Shown here: positions 29,881 to 39,881 of the stretch, piece after piece | Position numbering within the stretch: position 1 is the stretch's first letter | How the letters are laid out: the number at the start of each line of letters is the position of its first letter | From: Nitrosopumilus sp. | GTDB lineage: Archaea > Thermoproteota > Nitrososphaeria > Nitrososphaerales > Nitrosopumilaceae | Assembly (NCBI GenBank): GCA_965206745.1 | Contig: OZ242220.1 | Span: forward strand, 1,248,001 to 1,312,000 | Length of the DNA: 64,000 bases | Direction: 5' to 3' | Notes under the pieces: generated by a model | Database searches by the model: none | What the model was told of the DNA's origin: nothing | The model's input: the letters and a program-made list of their open reading frames with translations, nothing else | Translations under genes and position numbers: made by a program

Positions 29881-30651
29881 ATGGCAGTATTGGAAATCAG
29901 AGATCTTCACGTATCTAGGGAAGGCAAAGAGATCCTCAAAGGAGTCAATTTGAAGACAGGTCCCGGAGAAGTGCATGCCATAATGGGACCAAACGGTTCA
30001 GGAAAAAGCACGCTAGCATACACATTGCTTGCACATCCAAAATACGAAGTTACCAAAGGAGATATTTTGTTAGATGGGGAGAGCATCTTGGATTTATCAG
30101 CAGATCAAAGAGCAAAGAAAGGGTTGTTCCTAGGATTCCAATATCCAACCGAAGTCTCAGGGGTAGGATTTTCTCACTTTCTAAGAACAGCATACAATTC
30201 CCTAAGCAAGGCCCTTGAAGGCGACAACAGGGAGGTATTCATCACAGTCAGAGAATTTCAAAAGTATCTTAAAGAAAACCTGGAAAAAGTCGGGTTAAGA
30301 GAAGAGTTCCTTTCAAGATACCTAAACGAGGGTTTTTCAGGTGGAGAAAAGAAACGTGCAGAGGTATTGCAGATGGCAGTCTTGAAACCAAAAATTTCAA
30401 TCTTAGATGAGCCGGATTCAGGGTTGGACATAGATGCAGTTCAGGCAGTGGCGCAGGCAATTAGCAAAGTTGCAGACAAGGATGCAACAATAATCATAAT
30501 CACACACTATGCAAGAATCTTAAAATTCTTAGACAAATTGGACTTTGTTCACGTGTTTGCCAGAGGTCAGGTACTAAAGACAGGTGATTCATCACTTGCA
30601 GACAAACTTGAAGCAGAGGGTTACGAATGGGCTTTGAAACAAACAGCGTAA
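29881..30651 (+). CDS. sufC: Fe-S cluster assembly ATPase SufC
   Basis: GPNGSGKSTL, FQYP.EVSGV, LNEGFSGGEKKR, DEPDSGLDIDA, ITHY. Confidence 0.97.
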   Translation: MAVLEIRDLHVSREGKEILKGVNLKTGPGEVHAIMGPNGSGKSTLAYTLLAHPKYEVTKGDILLDGESILDLSADQRAKKGLFLGFQYPTEVSGVGFSHFLRTAYNSLSKALEGDNREVFITVREFQKYLKENLEKVGLREEFLSRYLNEGFSGGEKKRAEVLQMAVLKPKISILDEPDSGLDIDAVQAVAQAISKVADKDATIIIITHYARILKFLDKLDFVHVFARGQVLKTGDSSLADKLEAEGYEWALKQTA

Positions 30652-30683
30652 TCAATTTTAAAGGAAATATTTTCTAAAGGCTG

Positions 30684-30896
30684 TTGATTTACAAAGTTCA
30701 TGTTGAGTTTTCAAAAGATTTTCTAAAAGTTCAAAACAATCAGATCAGTATCGGAATAAAATCAAAGCCCATCAAAGGTAGAGCAAATAAGGAGATCATA
30801 AAAAAAATTGCCAGACACTTTAGAATATCAAGCAGTCTAGTCCAAATAAAATCAGGTCATAAAGCATCAGAGAAGATAATAGAAATTTCACAGTAG
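30684..30896 (+). CDS. DUF167 (UPF0235/YggU) family protein
   Basis: KP.KGRANKEII, V.IKSG.K...KIIEI. Confidence 0.85.
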   Translation: MIYKVHVEFSKDFLKVQNNQISIGIKSKPIKGRANKEIIKKIARHFRISSSLVQIKSGHKASEKIIEISQ

Positions 30897-30941
30897 GGAA
30901 TCCAGTTTTTGTTTAAATAGGGTTTTAAAATTGAGTATGAC

Positions 30942-31616
30942 ATGTCAGATGAAGACAATCAATATTATTTTAATTTCTCATTTTTTAAAGTTGATCCAAA
31001 ATGGAGATGGATGGCAGACCTAGCAAAGGAAGAATCCGCAAAAGAAGTCGAGAATGTAATGAACAATTCTGGAATCATGTACAGGACATATTCAAATTTA
31101 GGACTGCGAGATGATGCTGACTTTTTGTTTTGGTTTGCAGCAAAGACAGTCAAAGAGATTCAAACGGTGATGGAAAAAATATACAAGACAGTCTTTGGAA
31201 AATACATCATCCCGTCAAGGACATATTTATCATGCACAAGGCCCTCAACGTATGTTCAAGAGCAAAAAGCCCACGGTTTCATAACAGGAAATAATCCGAA
31301 AAAGCACGTCATAGTATACCCATTTACTAAAACAAGGGAATGGTATTTACTTCCAAAAGAAAAGCGCCAGGAAATAATGGATGAGCATATCAAGGTCAGT
31401 CAGAAATACCCACAAATAATCCTCAATACGACGTACTCTTTTGGGATACATGATGAGGATTTCATGCTAGCATTTGAGGTAGACGATATCAGGGATTTCC
31501 AAGATCTGATCATGGATTTGAGGGAGACGCAGGTATCAACATATGTGAAGAACGATATTCCGATGATTGTATGTGTAAAAAAAGATATTGTACCGCTAAT
31601 ATCGAGTTTAGGATAG
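30942..31616 (+). CDS. chlorite dismutase-like protein, probable coproheme decarboxylase (ChdC/HemQ)
   Basis: GLR.DADF, YPFTK..EWYLLP...RQEIM.EH, TYSFG..D.DF, LRETQ; located in the heme gene cluster. Confidence 0.8.
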   Translation: MSDEDNQYYFNFSFFKVDPKWRWMADLAKEESAKEVENVMNNSGIMYRTYSNLGLRDDADFLFWFAAKTVKEIQTVMEKIYKTVFGKYIIPSRTYLSCTRPSTYVQEQKAHGFITGNNPKKHVIVYPFTKTREWYLLPKEKRQEIMDEHIKVSQKYPQIILNTTYSFGIHDEDFMLAFEVDDIRDFQDLIMDLRETQVSTYVKNDIPMIVCVKKDIVPLISSLG

Positions 31617-31623
31617 ATAAGAG

Positions 31624-32622
31624 ATGAATTACAACAAGCTGGGAAAAACAGACATCAAAGTGTCCGAACTAGGGTTTGGTGCTTGGTCTATTGCATTGGA
31701 TTGGTGGGGCAAAAAAATCGAGGAGGACGAGGCAAAGAGAATGCTAAAAAAAGCATACGATTTAGGGATTAACTTTTTTGAGACTGGGGACATGTATGGA
31801 AAAGGAAAAAGTGAAAGGCTCATCGGCGAAGTTTTCAAAGACATGCGGGACCAAGTTGTAATATCTACAAAGTACGGCTATGATTTCTCAAAAGTGGAGC
31901 AGATTGGGCATAGTGAGTTGCCTCAGAAATTTGATGAGGATTTCACACGGGGGGCACTAAGAGCAAGTTTGAAGAGACTGCAGACAGACCATCTAGACAT
32001 GTACGGTCTGCACAATCCGAAACTACAGCACATCAGAGACGATTCGATTTTTAATGTTCTAGACAGTTTTGTTGCAGATGAATCCATCAAGACATACCAA
32101 GTTGCTCTAGGCCCAGCAATAGGATGGACCCAGGAAGGAATCGAGGCAATGGACAGACCAAATGTCAGCGCAGTCCAAACAGTTTACAATATTTTAGAGC
32201 AAACGCCAGGAAATGAATTGATGGAAAAGGCAATTCAAAAAGACGTAGGAATACTAGTCAGAGTTCCAGAGGCATCCGGAATACTAACAGGCAAAGTGAA
32301 TGCTCAAACCAAGATTGATGAAAAAGATCACAGATCAGTCAGGAAGGGAGAATGGATCAAGGCATCACTGGAAAAAGTGGAACATCTAAAGCCAATTGCC
32401 CAAAGAAATGGATTGACAATAACTGAATTGTCCATAAAGTTCATCACCTCAAAGAAAGGATTTGCATCTGTATTCCCCACAGTGGTAAGTAAGGAGGAGA
32501 TTATAAATTATGTTGAAATGACAAAAGGAGGATATGTTTCGGTCTCAGATATGAAAGAGATAGAAGAGTTGTACAATACCTGGCCGGCTTATGAATTAAA
32601 AGCAACACCCCAGGCCAATTGA
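31624..32622 (+). CDS. aldo/keto reductase
   Basis: LGKTDIKVSELGFG, GINFFETGDMYG.G.SE, SLKRLQTDHLD...LH. Confidence 0.93.
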   Translation: MNYNKLGKTDIKVSELGFGAWSIALDWWGKKIEEDEAKRMLKKAYDLGINFFETGDMYGKGKSERLIGEVFKDMRDQVVISTKYGYDFSKVEQIGHSELPQKFDEDFTRGALRASLKRLQTDHLDMYGLHNPKLQHIRDDSIFNVLDSFVADESIKTYQVALGPAIGWTQEGIEAMDRPNVSAVQTVYNILEQTPGNELMEKAIQKDVGILVRVPEASGILTGKVNAQTKIDEKDHRSVRKGEWIKASLEKVEHLKPIAQRNGLTITELSIKFITSKKGFASVFPTVVSKEEIINYVEMTKGGYVSVSDMKEIEELYNTWPAYELKATPQAN

Positions 32623-32629
32623 TTTGTAA

Positions 32630-32968
32630 ATGAACGCTCCGATAGATTCAGAAAAGACCATTGAAATTATTGAAAAGATGAAACTTGCCAAGATTGGCAA
32701 ATATAAAAAATGGGAAGGGATGATCAAAAAAATCAAAAAGGAACAAACGCTAAACCCTGAAGAATTGGAATATTACTCAAACCTGACAAGAATCTACAAA
32801 AACTCAAGCGTTACGCCTAGAAGTAAGGCATACCACGCCAAACTGTCAGAATTAGATGAAAAGCCACCATGCAAAGAATGTGGGAAGGATTCACTATACT
32901 ATTGTAACATGAATGACGAGTATTTTTGTACGATACACATAGTGGGACATGATAAAAATGAATTCTAA
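32630..32968 (+). CDS. hypothetical protein with B-box-like zinc finger
   Basis: CKEC......YC....YFC..H...H. Confidence 0.65.
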   Translation: MNAPIDSEKTIEIIEKMKLAKIGKYKKWEGMIKKIKKEQTLNPEELEYYSNLTRIYKNSSVTPRSKAYHAKLSELDEKPPCKECGKDSLYYCNMNDEYFCTIHIVGHDKNEF

Positions 32969-33981
32969 GATGCCGAAATTGTTTCCTCTAAACTGAATGA
33001 ATTTTCCACAAAATATTCAACGCGCGTTTTCTTGAATTCACGGGAGCTAAAAAGAATATTGTACTCATCTACATTGATCTGATCTTGGATTGTTTTTGCC
33101 ACTTTGTAGGCCTCATCATGAGTTTTACAGTGAATCATAGAAAACACATTGTAAGGCCAATCAGCATATGTAGGTCTCTCATAGCAATGGCTCACCTGCG
33201 GGAATGAGCCCAATGTTTCCCCAACTTGCGTGATACGATCTTGGGGAACCTTCCACACAATCATGCCATTTGCAGTGAATCCCACTTGCCTGTGTCTCAG
33301 GATGGCAGCGAACCTTCGCATGACGCCGATATCTTCATAATGTTTCATTTTTTCAAATAACTCATTCTCAGTTATTCCAAGATTTTTTGCTGCAAGGACA
33401 AAAGGTTCATCGACTATATCCATGTCCTTTTGTAATTCACGGATAAAGGCCTTATCTTCCTCAGTTGGAACAAACTCGACATTCTTGATTTCCTTTTTTG
33501 TCTCGCTTGGCGCAACGTCGTGTTTCTTCTCATCTACCATGTCAAGCTTGACGCCAATCTTGAATAATTGCAAAGTTGGAAGCATTCGGACTTTATTGAT
33601 TCCTTTGAGGACATTGAATTTCTCTAATTCGGCTTTCAAATCTGCACCTGGAGGAACAGCCAAGGTAAACCAGAGGTTGAATTGGTGATCCCGTTCATAG
33701 TTATGGCTCACACCGGGATGGCGATTGATTTGGCTTGCAACGTAGTCTAATTTGTCAGACTCGATCTCCATTGCAACCAGAGAACTAGTATACCCGAGTT
33801 TTCGGGTATCAAAAATTGCACTTAGCTGTCTTAGAACTCCTATCTCTTTTAACTGGTTTAGGCGTGACTTGATATCTTCAGGAGTGCTATTGAATTTTTC
33901 AGCAATTGCATCAAAAGGCCTGGTCACCAGAGGAAAAGTCCATTGGATCTCATTTAGGAGTTCTTTGTCAGATTCATCCAT
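32965..33981 (-). CDS. ahbAB: siroheme decarboxylase, fused AhbA-AhbB (NirDL-like)
   Basis: two Lrp-like modules with HPGVSHNYER.H.FNLWFT and VSHCYER...WPYNVFSMIH; start set at MDESDKELL. Confidence 0.9.
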   Translation of the reverse strand: MDESDKELLNEIQWTFPLVTRPFDAIAEKFNSTPEDIKSRLNQLKEIGVLRQLSAIFDTRKLGYTSSLVAMEIESDKLDYVASQINRHPGVSHNYERDHQFNLWFTLAVPPGADLKAELEKFNVLKGINKVRMLPTLQLFKIGVKLDMVDEKKHDVAPSETKKEIKNVEFVPTEEDKAFIRELQKDMDIVDEPFVLAAKNLGITENELFEKMKHYEDIGVMRRFAAILRHRQVGFTANGMIVWKVPQDRITQVGETLGSFPQVSHCYERPTYADWPYNVFSMIHCKTHDEAYKVAKTIQDQINVDEYNILFSSREFKKTRVEYFVENSFSLEETISAS

Positions 33982-34083
33982 AAAAGTCAATAAATCGATA
34001 ATTTGGCATTCAATTAAAAATGTAGCTTGCATTTGGCGCTCTGAATTCTAATACATAAATAGAAACTGGAATTGATTTGATCG

Positions 34084-34737
34084 ATGATAGTTGATCTCAA
34101 TCTTCAAAATAAAAAAATAGTCATCATAGGAGGAGGAAATGAGGCACAAAAAAGAATCAAGTCAGTGCTAAAGCAAGGGTGCAACATCACAGTTATCACA
34201 GATTCTGCCAATGCACAAATTGGAAAACTGGCAAAGTCAAAAAAAATCAAAATAATAAAGCAAAAAGTCACAGATACTCGATTCATTTCAAAATTAAAAC
34301 CAGATTTGATCATGACAACTACAGATGATAGGAAGATGAATCAGAAAATCATCAATGATGCAAAGAAGGCAGGGATTATCGCGTATAGTTCAGACAGCCC
34401 AGAAGACAGCGACTTTTCAAACCCTGCAATAATTGATTTTGGTGATACGATACAAGTTGCAATTTTCACCGGTGGAAAGAGTCCGGCAATGTCTAAAAAA
34501 ATTAAAGACAGATCAGAGAAGGCACTCAAGAAAATCATCACCAAGGAGGACATTGCCCAAATTAAAATTCAAGAGATGGCAAGAAGGATGGCAAAAGAGA
34601 GAATCCCCACCCAGGAACAGAGAAGAGACTGTCTTCGGAGCATCATCAGGGATAATGAGATTGATCAGTTAATAAAAGACGGCCATATGGAAAAAGCTAA
34701 AAGGCGGGCTATCACAATATTGGAGAATTGGAAATGA
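34084..34737 (+). CDS. sirC: precorrin-2 dehydrogenase / sirohydrochlorin ferrochelatase (SirC/Met8-like)
   Basis: IIGGG.EA, TTDD..MN, SDFSNPA, TGGKSPAM. Confidence 0.9.
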   Translation: MIVDLNLQNKKIVIIGGGNEAQKRIKSVLKQGCNITVITDSANAQIGKLAKSKKIKIIKQKVTDTRFISKLKPDLIMTTTDDRKMNQKIINDAKKAGIIAYSSDSPEDSDFSNPAIIDFGDTIQVAIFTGGKSPAMSKKIKDRSEKALKKIITKEDIAQIKIQEMARRMAKERIPTQEQRRDCLRSIIRDNEIDQLIKDGHMEKAKRRAITILENWK

Positions 34738-35999
34738 ATCAAAATATCATCAATGCACGGGTAACCTTTCGTAACTCACCAATTCACATTCTTGAACGAT
34801 TTACAATCAAGGACATGAAGAACGCATACGAGCAGTTCAAAAATCATTCGGGGCTGGATGAATGTGTAATAATTCAGACATGTAACAGGATTGAGCTATT
34901 TGGAAAATCAAAGACGTGTGATTTACGCAGGATCAAAAAGACATGGGCCTCAATTACAGGTTTGGAAGAAGATGCATTTGATGAAAATATTGAATTTGTT
35001 GAGAATCATCAAGCACTGCATCATTTGTTGAAATTAACATCGGGACTTGATTCCATGGTAGTGGGGGAAGAGCAAATTCTAGGACAGATAAAGAACTCCA
35101 TCACGTCTGCCAGAGAAGTAAAGGCATCGGGTCAGCATCTTAACACATTATTTGACAAAGCCATTCGGATTGGAACCAGAATCAGAAATTCAAGCGGCAT
35201 TGGTGCCGGAGGAATTTCAGTGGGTTCCATGGCAGTAAAGATTGCAGAAGAAAACATCGACGAGTTGAAAACAAAAAAGGTATTACTGATTGGAACAGGA
35301 GAAGTATCAACGCTGATTGCAAAGTCACTGCAAAGACGCGGTTATGCATTTAGTGTTACAAGTAGAACAATCGGAAGATCAGAGTCATTTTGTGAAACAA
35401 TGGGCGGAGATCCAATCAAATTTGAGACGGTTCTTTCAAGATTTGGCAATTATGATGTAATTTTTGTGGCGACAACTGCCCCGTATTTTCTGGTCACAAA
35501 TGAAAGGATAGCAAAAGCCATGAAAAACAAGAGCAAGGGAATGATGATTTTAGATTTATCAAACCCTAGAACGGTGGATGAAAAGGTTGCGAGAATCGGA
35601 GGGATAAAACTCATGAATTTGGATCAAATTGCAGAGATGGTTGAAAAGAACATGGATGCCAGATTAAACAAGGTAAAAACAGTTGAAAATATAATTAGTG
35701 AGGAAGTGTGTGTATTAGAAGCCTCAATGAAAAGACTAGATGCAGAACCACTGGTAACAGATGTTTTCAAGAACATAGAGAATCTTAGGGAAAAGGAATT
35801 GCAAAAGGCACTACAGATGCTCAATGAAAAAGACGAGAAAAAAATCAAGATTATCGAGGAACTAACCAAGGCAGTTGTTGAAAGCATTGTGTCAACTCCG
35901 ATGAACAATATCAGAAAAGCCTCAGAACAGGGCAATCCGGACATTATAAAAATAGCAGGCAAACTATTTGACTATAAAAAACAGAACCAAGTAGACTAG
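34728..35999 (+). CDS. hemA: glutamyl-tRNA reductase
   Basis: QTCNRIE, SGLDSMVVGE.QILGQ, IGTGE, DLSNPR. Confidence 0.96.
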   Translation: MEMNQNIINARVTFRNSPIHILERFTIKDMKNAYEQFKNHSGLDECVIIQTCNRIELFGKSKTCDLRRIKKTWASITGLEEDAFDENIEFVENHQALHHLLKLTSGLDSMVVGEEQILGQIKNSITSAREVKASGQHLNTLFDKAIRIGTRIRNSSGIGAGGISVGSMAVKIAEENIDELKTKKVLLIGTGEVSTLIAKSLQRRGYAFSVTSRTIGRSESFCETMGGDPIKFETVLSRFGNYDVIFVATTAPYFLVTNERIAKAMKNKSKGMMILDLSNPRTVDEKVARIGGIKLMNLDQIAEMVEKNMDARLNKVKTVENIISEEVCVLEASMKRLDAEPLVTDVFKNIENLREKELQKALQMLNEKDEKKIKIIEELTKAVVESIVSTPMNNIRKASEQGNPDIIKIAGKLFDYKKQNQVD

Positions 36000-36029
36000 G
36001 ATTATATTTTACCTAAAGAGAATTCCATC

Positions 36030-37010
36030 ATGTCATTTCCAACTAGACGTCTACGTCGACTGAGAACATCAGAGAAGATGAGGGAGCTAGTTCAACAAAC
36101 CACCCTTTCTCCAAAGGATTTCATCTGTCCAGTATTTGTTCAGGAGGGTTTGAAAGAAAGGGTCAAAGTGGAAACAATGTCAGAGATTGAAAGGTTGCCA
36201 TTAAGTGATGTTAACGAGGAGGTTGCAACAATAATAGATTTAGGAATACCTGCAATCATGCTGTTTGGAATTCCGTCTCAAAAGGACGAAGCGGGAAGTT
36301 CGGCTTTTGATAATAATGGGATCGTTCAAAAGGCAATTTCACAGATCAGGGAGAAATTCGGAGACAAGATAGTAATCATGGCAGACGTCTGTCTGTGTCA
36401 ATTTACATCGACAGGTCATTGTGGAATTGTTCACGGTGAGAAAATTGATAACGATGCCAGTCTAGAAACCCTTGCAAAGATTGCAATCAGCCAGGCAAAA
36501 GCAGGGGCAGATACTGTATCACCATCAGCAATGATGGACGGTCAAGTTGCAGCGATACGAAGAGCACTAGACGGTGAAGGGTTTACAGACGTATCAATAA
36601 TGTCACATTCTGCGAAACATCGTTCAAACTTTTACTCACCATTTAGGAATGCGGCTGAATGTGCCCCAAAATTCGGAGATAGAAAGACATACCAAGTTCC
36701 ATATACAAATGCAAGGGAGGCAATGATGGAAGTGGAGACAGACATTCAAGAGGGTGTGGATATTGTGATGATAAAGCCGGCATTAGCGTATTTGGATTTA
36801 ATTGCAGAAACCAGAAGCAGGTACAGCATTCCAGTCTCAGCATACAGTGTGTCAGGAGAATATGCGTTGGTAAAAGCTGCTTCACAGTTAGGATATGTTA
36901 ATGAAAAAGACGTCACACTAGAAATTCTATACTCAATTAAAAGAGCCGGAGCCGACATGATAGTGACCTATTTTGCAAAATCAGCTGCAAGATTCCTTCA
37001 AGAATCATGA
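36030..37010 (+). CDS. hemB: porphobilinogen synthase
   Basis: RRLRRLR, DVCLCQFTSTGHCG, PSAMMDG, MIKPA, YSVSGEY. Confidence 0.97.
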   Translation: MSFPTRRLRRLRTSEKMRELVQQTTLSPKDFICPVFVQEGLKERVKVETMSEIERLPLSDVNEEVATIIDLGIPAIMLFGIPSQKDEAGSSAFDNNGIVQKAISQIREKFGDKIVIMADVCLCQFTSTGHCGIVHGEKIDNDASLETLAKIAISQAKAGADTVSPSAMMDGQVAAIRRALDGEGFTDVSIMSHSAKHRSNFYSPFRNAAECAPKFGDRKTYQVPYTNAREAMMEVETDIQEGVDIVMIKPALAYLDLIAETRSRYSIPVSAYSVSGEYALVKAASQLGYVNEKDVTLEILYSIKRAGADMIVTYFAKSAARFLQES

Positions 37011-37318
37011 GAAACGACGAGCGTTTTGAGATTCAAAGAGCATTTGACTTATTGCCACATGTTGTTGGTGCAAGTTGGACAGTAGTGTGGTTTAGAATGA
37101 AGGGAATCAAAAAACCCACAAGGGAAGAGTTCAGAGAGAAGACTGCAGAATATTTGCGACTAGTTGAGCCTGTCTTTGACTCTTATCCAAAGGATGAAGA
37201 ATTTGCAGAGATCAACAAGTACATCGAATTTAGAAGAAATGAGGAGTATACCAAGATCAGATCAGGTGAGAACAAGGAGATTGAAATGCGCTATGATAGG
37301 TACGTCGATTATGGCTAA
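37007..37318 (+). CDS. hypothetical protein
   Basis: 103-aa ORF with ATGA overlap on hemB. Confidence 0.7.
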   Translation: MRNDERFEIQRAFDLLPHVVGASWTVVWFRMKGIKKPTREEFREKTAEYLRLVEPVFDSYPKDEEFAEINKYIEFRRNEEYTKIRSGENKEIEMRYDRYVDYG

Positions 37319-37421
37319 AGTTTCTAATTTTGGTTTAGGCGTTTTGGATGCAGAATATGGCTAAATTACTGAGGAGTCATAGAATGCATCGCATCTCTTA
37401 ATTGATTGAAGAATCCACGGA

Positions 37422-38042
37422 CTAGAGTTCACGTTTTAGATGTTTTAAAAATTCTTTGAGCACTTTGGTCCTCCTTTTTGCTTCTGTCTTGCCAGATTTT
37501 GTATTCATTGAAGATTCCAATTTTAACAACTTTTGAAAAAAATGATCAACGGTCCAAACCTTATCATCAGGAGATCTTGTTTTGCAGAAAGGATCCTCGG
37601 CATTGTAAAATGGTCGTTTAAGTGAACCTCCCGTAGCAAAAACTCGTGCAATACCAATTGCTCCCAAGGCATCTAATCTATCAGCATCTTGAAGGATTTT
37701 GCCTTCAAGGGTTTCAGGGATTCTATTTTGTGAAAAACTATGATCACGTATGGCATCTGAAATAATCGTGATTTCTTCTAGAGTCAAATCATATTTTTTT
37801 AGTATGTGTTTTGATTTTTTGGCACTCTCTATTGATGACATTTTAGAGCGTTTGTCGGATTTTGGATAAGAGATGATATCATGCAGCAACGCAGCACAAA
37901 GGACTAATTTTTCGCTTGCCTTCTCTGCTTTGCATAACTTTTGAGCATTTTTGTATACTCTCATGACATGATCAAAATCATGTGCCGAATCATTGTCCAT
38001 CATTGTTTTGATTTCATTCTTAAGAGAATCAAGAATTTTCAT
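37422..38042 (-). CDS. HD-domain phosphohydrolase
   Basis: AHDFDHVMRV, ALLHDI, H, QDADRLDALGAIGIAR. Confidence 0.93.
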   Translation of the reverse strand: MKILDSLKNEIKTMMDNDSAHDFDHVMRVYKNAQKLCKAEKASEKLVLCAALLHDIISYPKSDKRSKMSSIESAKKSKHILKKYDLTLEEITIISDAIRDHSFSQNRIPETLEGKILQDADRLDALGAIGIARVFATGGSLKRPFYNAEDPFCKTRSPDDKVWTVDHFFQKLLKLESSMNTKSGKTEAKRRTKVLKEFLKHLKREL

Positions 38043-38660
38043 TTAAAATCTCCATATTTTTGGTTTGACAAATTTGATTTTTCGCTTGGTAATTAAAAGA
38101 GTCCAATTAACAGATGCAAAGATGATAATCAGGCCGATACCGGCAACATCAATTAGTAAAATTGCCGTTAATCTGTCCTCAAATATATCTAAGAGTGGAG
38201 TCAGGACTGCGTTACCAAAATAGATCATGACAATATATGAGATGGTTCTACCAAACCAAAATCCAACATAGATCCCCAAGCTCTTGGCACGCATTAATCC
38301 ATAAGCGATAAACAGCATGTTACTTGGAAGTGGGGTTGCACCAAACAGAAAGGATGCAATTACATAGCCATATTTTTTACGATTCAGATAATCTCCAATC
38401 ACATCTAGATTGGATTTTTGCTCTTCTGCAACAAATCTTCTAAAGATCCCACTAATCCGCTTGAGAACAAACCTGCCAAGTGTGGCCCCCGTAGCTCCGA
38501 CCATGGCAAGTATGACGACATCTAGCGTTGGATCAAGAAGATAAAAGGACGTTAGGATAATCCAGCTTGGAGGCATCAGGATTGGAGACGCATTTACTCC
38601 AATTAACACAAGAAATATTCCAAAATATGAAAATTCTCCAAAAATTTCAAAAATATCCAA
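38043..38660 (-). CDS. DedA/VTT (SNARE-associated) family membrane protein
   Basis: P..MPP, GATLG, F.ATPLPS, GR motifs; hydrophobic. Confidence 0.75.
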   Translation of the reverse strand: MDIFEIFGEFSYFGIFLVLIGVNASPILMPPSWIILTSFYLLDPTLDVVILAMVGATGATLGRFVLKRISGIFRRFVAEEQKSNLDVIGDYLNRKKYGYVIASFLFGATPLPSNMLFIAYGLMRAKSLGIYVGFWFGRTISYIVMIYFGNAVLTPLLDIFEDRLTAILLIDVAGIGLIIIFASVNWTLLITKRKIKFVKPKIWRF

Positions 38661-38847
38661 TATCTTTCAAAAAATATAGCATTTTTTTTGTTTCTAAACC
38701 CTTGGATTAAGATTCAGTCATGAGAAAACGCCATTATGAACCAAAAAATTATAAAAATTACAAGTTTTTCAAACTAATGATCATGGATTGTAAGAAATTG
38801 GATCAATGATGCAATATCTTTATAAGCAATTTATGCATACACCGTAT

Positions 38848-38970
38848 ATGACAGAGATGGTTTGGAAATGTTATAGGTGCAATCTTTCTTTCAAGAATGA
38901 GCAATTAGCACAATTACACAAAGAAATTTCGGAACATTCAATCACAAAAGTTAAAACAATTGTTGCATAA
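38848..38970 (+). CDS. C2H2-type zinc-finger microprotein (40 aa; not in ORF track)
   Basis: MTEMVWKCYRCNLSFKNEQLAQLHKEISEHSITKVKTIVA; TTTATAA about 25 bp upstream. Confidence 0.75.
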   Translation: MTEMVWKCYRCNLSFKNEQLAQLHKEISEHSITKVKTIVA

Positions 38971-39014
38971 TTTCAAAAAATTCACAAAATATATCAATTT
39001 TAGTCAAAATTTAA

Positions 39015-39115
39015 TGCAGAGGGTGGGATTCGAACCCACGAACTCCTAAGAGAAGGGATTTCCTATTTTGAGGATCTTGAGTCCCTCTCGGTTGACCGGG
39101 CTTCGATACCTCTGC
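39015..39115 (-). tRNA. tRNA-Leu(CAA) with 16-nt anticodon-loop intron
   Basis: acceptor GCAGAGG/CCTCTGC-A, anticodon stem AGGGA/TCCCT, CT-CAA-G, long variable arm, GGTTCGAATCC; 101 nt minus 16-nt intron = 85 nt. Confidence 0.92.
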
Positions 39116-39234
39116 AATGAGATTGGGTATAGACTGATATTTCTCGATTACTATTAGGGCAAAATAAGAATTTGATCTACAATATGATCGATTTTTTAAC
39201 AAAGCTTATAATCATGCAGAATTGATTCAAAAAT

Positions 39235-39549
39235 ATGTCAGAATTCATACCTATTTCAGACGCAAAAAAAATGCGTAGTGGAGTGAATGTTGAGGCCGAG
39301 GTTAAAAGCAAAGGAGACCCTAGAACTGTCAATCTCAAGAGTGGCGGAACAGTAGATGTTTGCGATGCAATAATTTCCAACGGTGAAACTGAAGATGACC
39401 AAATGAAACTCACATTGTGGGGCGACGACATCAAGGCAGTTAATGTTGGAGATAAAGTTGTCATCACAAATGGATACACCAATGAGTTCAAAGGTGAAGT
39501 ATCCCTAACCAAAGGTAAATTTGGTAAGATGGATGTCAATCCTCAATAG
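39235..39549 (+). CDS. ssb: single-stranded DNA-binding protein (single OB fold)
   Basis: VNVEAEV, KLTLWGD, GDKVVITNGY.NEFKG.VSL..GKFG. Confidence 0.88.
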   Translation: MSEFIPISDAKKMRSGVNVEAEVKSKGDPRTVNLKSGGTVDVCDAIISNGETEDDQMKLTLWGDDIKAVNVGDKVVITNGYTNEFKGEVSLTKGKFGKMDVNPQ

Positions 39550-39881
39550 ATGATCTACATTACAAAATTAATTTTATTTTCTATACATACTAGTTGCAAC
39601 TATAGTCAACTTAAAATTTAGATTCCAGGAGAGCAGGATTGAAAATGTTTTGAATTTGATAATTTTTTTTAATTTTTAGAGGAATTATCTGCGATTTTAG
39701 GTGTTGTTGTAGCATGTGATTAGGGGTTTAGAGCCATACAAAAATACACCAAATGTTTCAATCACAGCAAGGAATTGTTTTGAATGGTTTTTTAAAATTT
39801 CTTTTGATTTTTCCAAAATCCCATACAGCAATATTGTTGAAATTAATCAATTGATTTTTCAATTAGTAAATATCCCGATGA

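Noticed and set aside
39011-39202. 63-aa minus-strand ORF
   Set aside because: It is a translation of the tRNA-Leu gene.
39591-39602. 12-bp palindrome TAGTTGCAACTA (and AATCAATTGATT near 39846) between convergent genes
   Set aside because: Not in a promoter context and expected by chance in AT-rich DNA.
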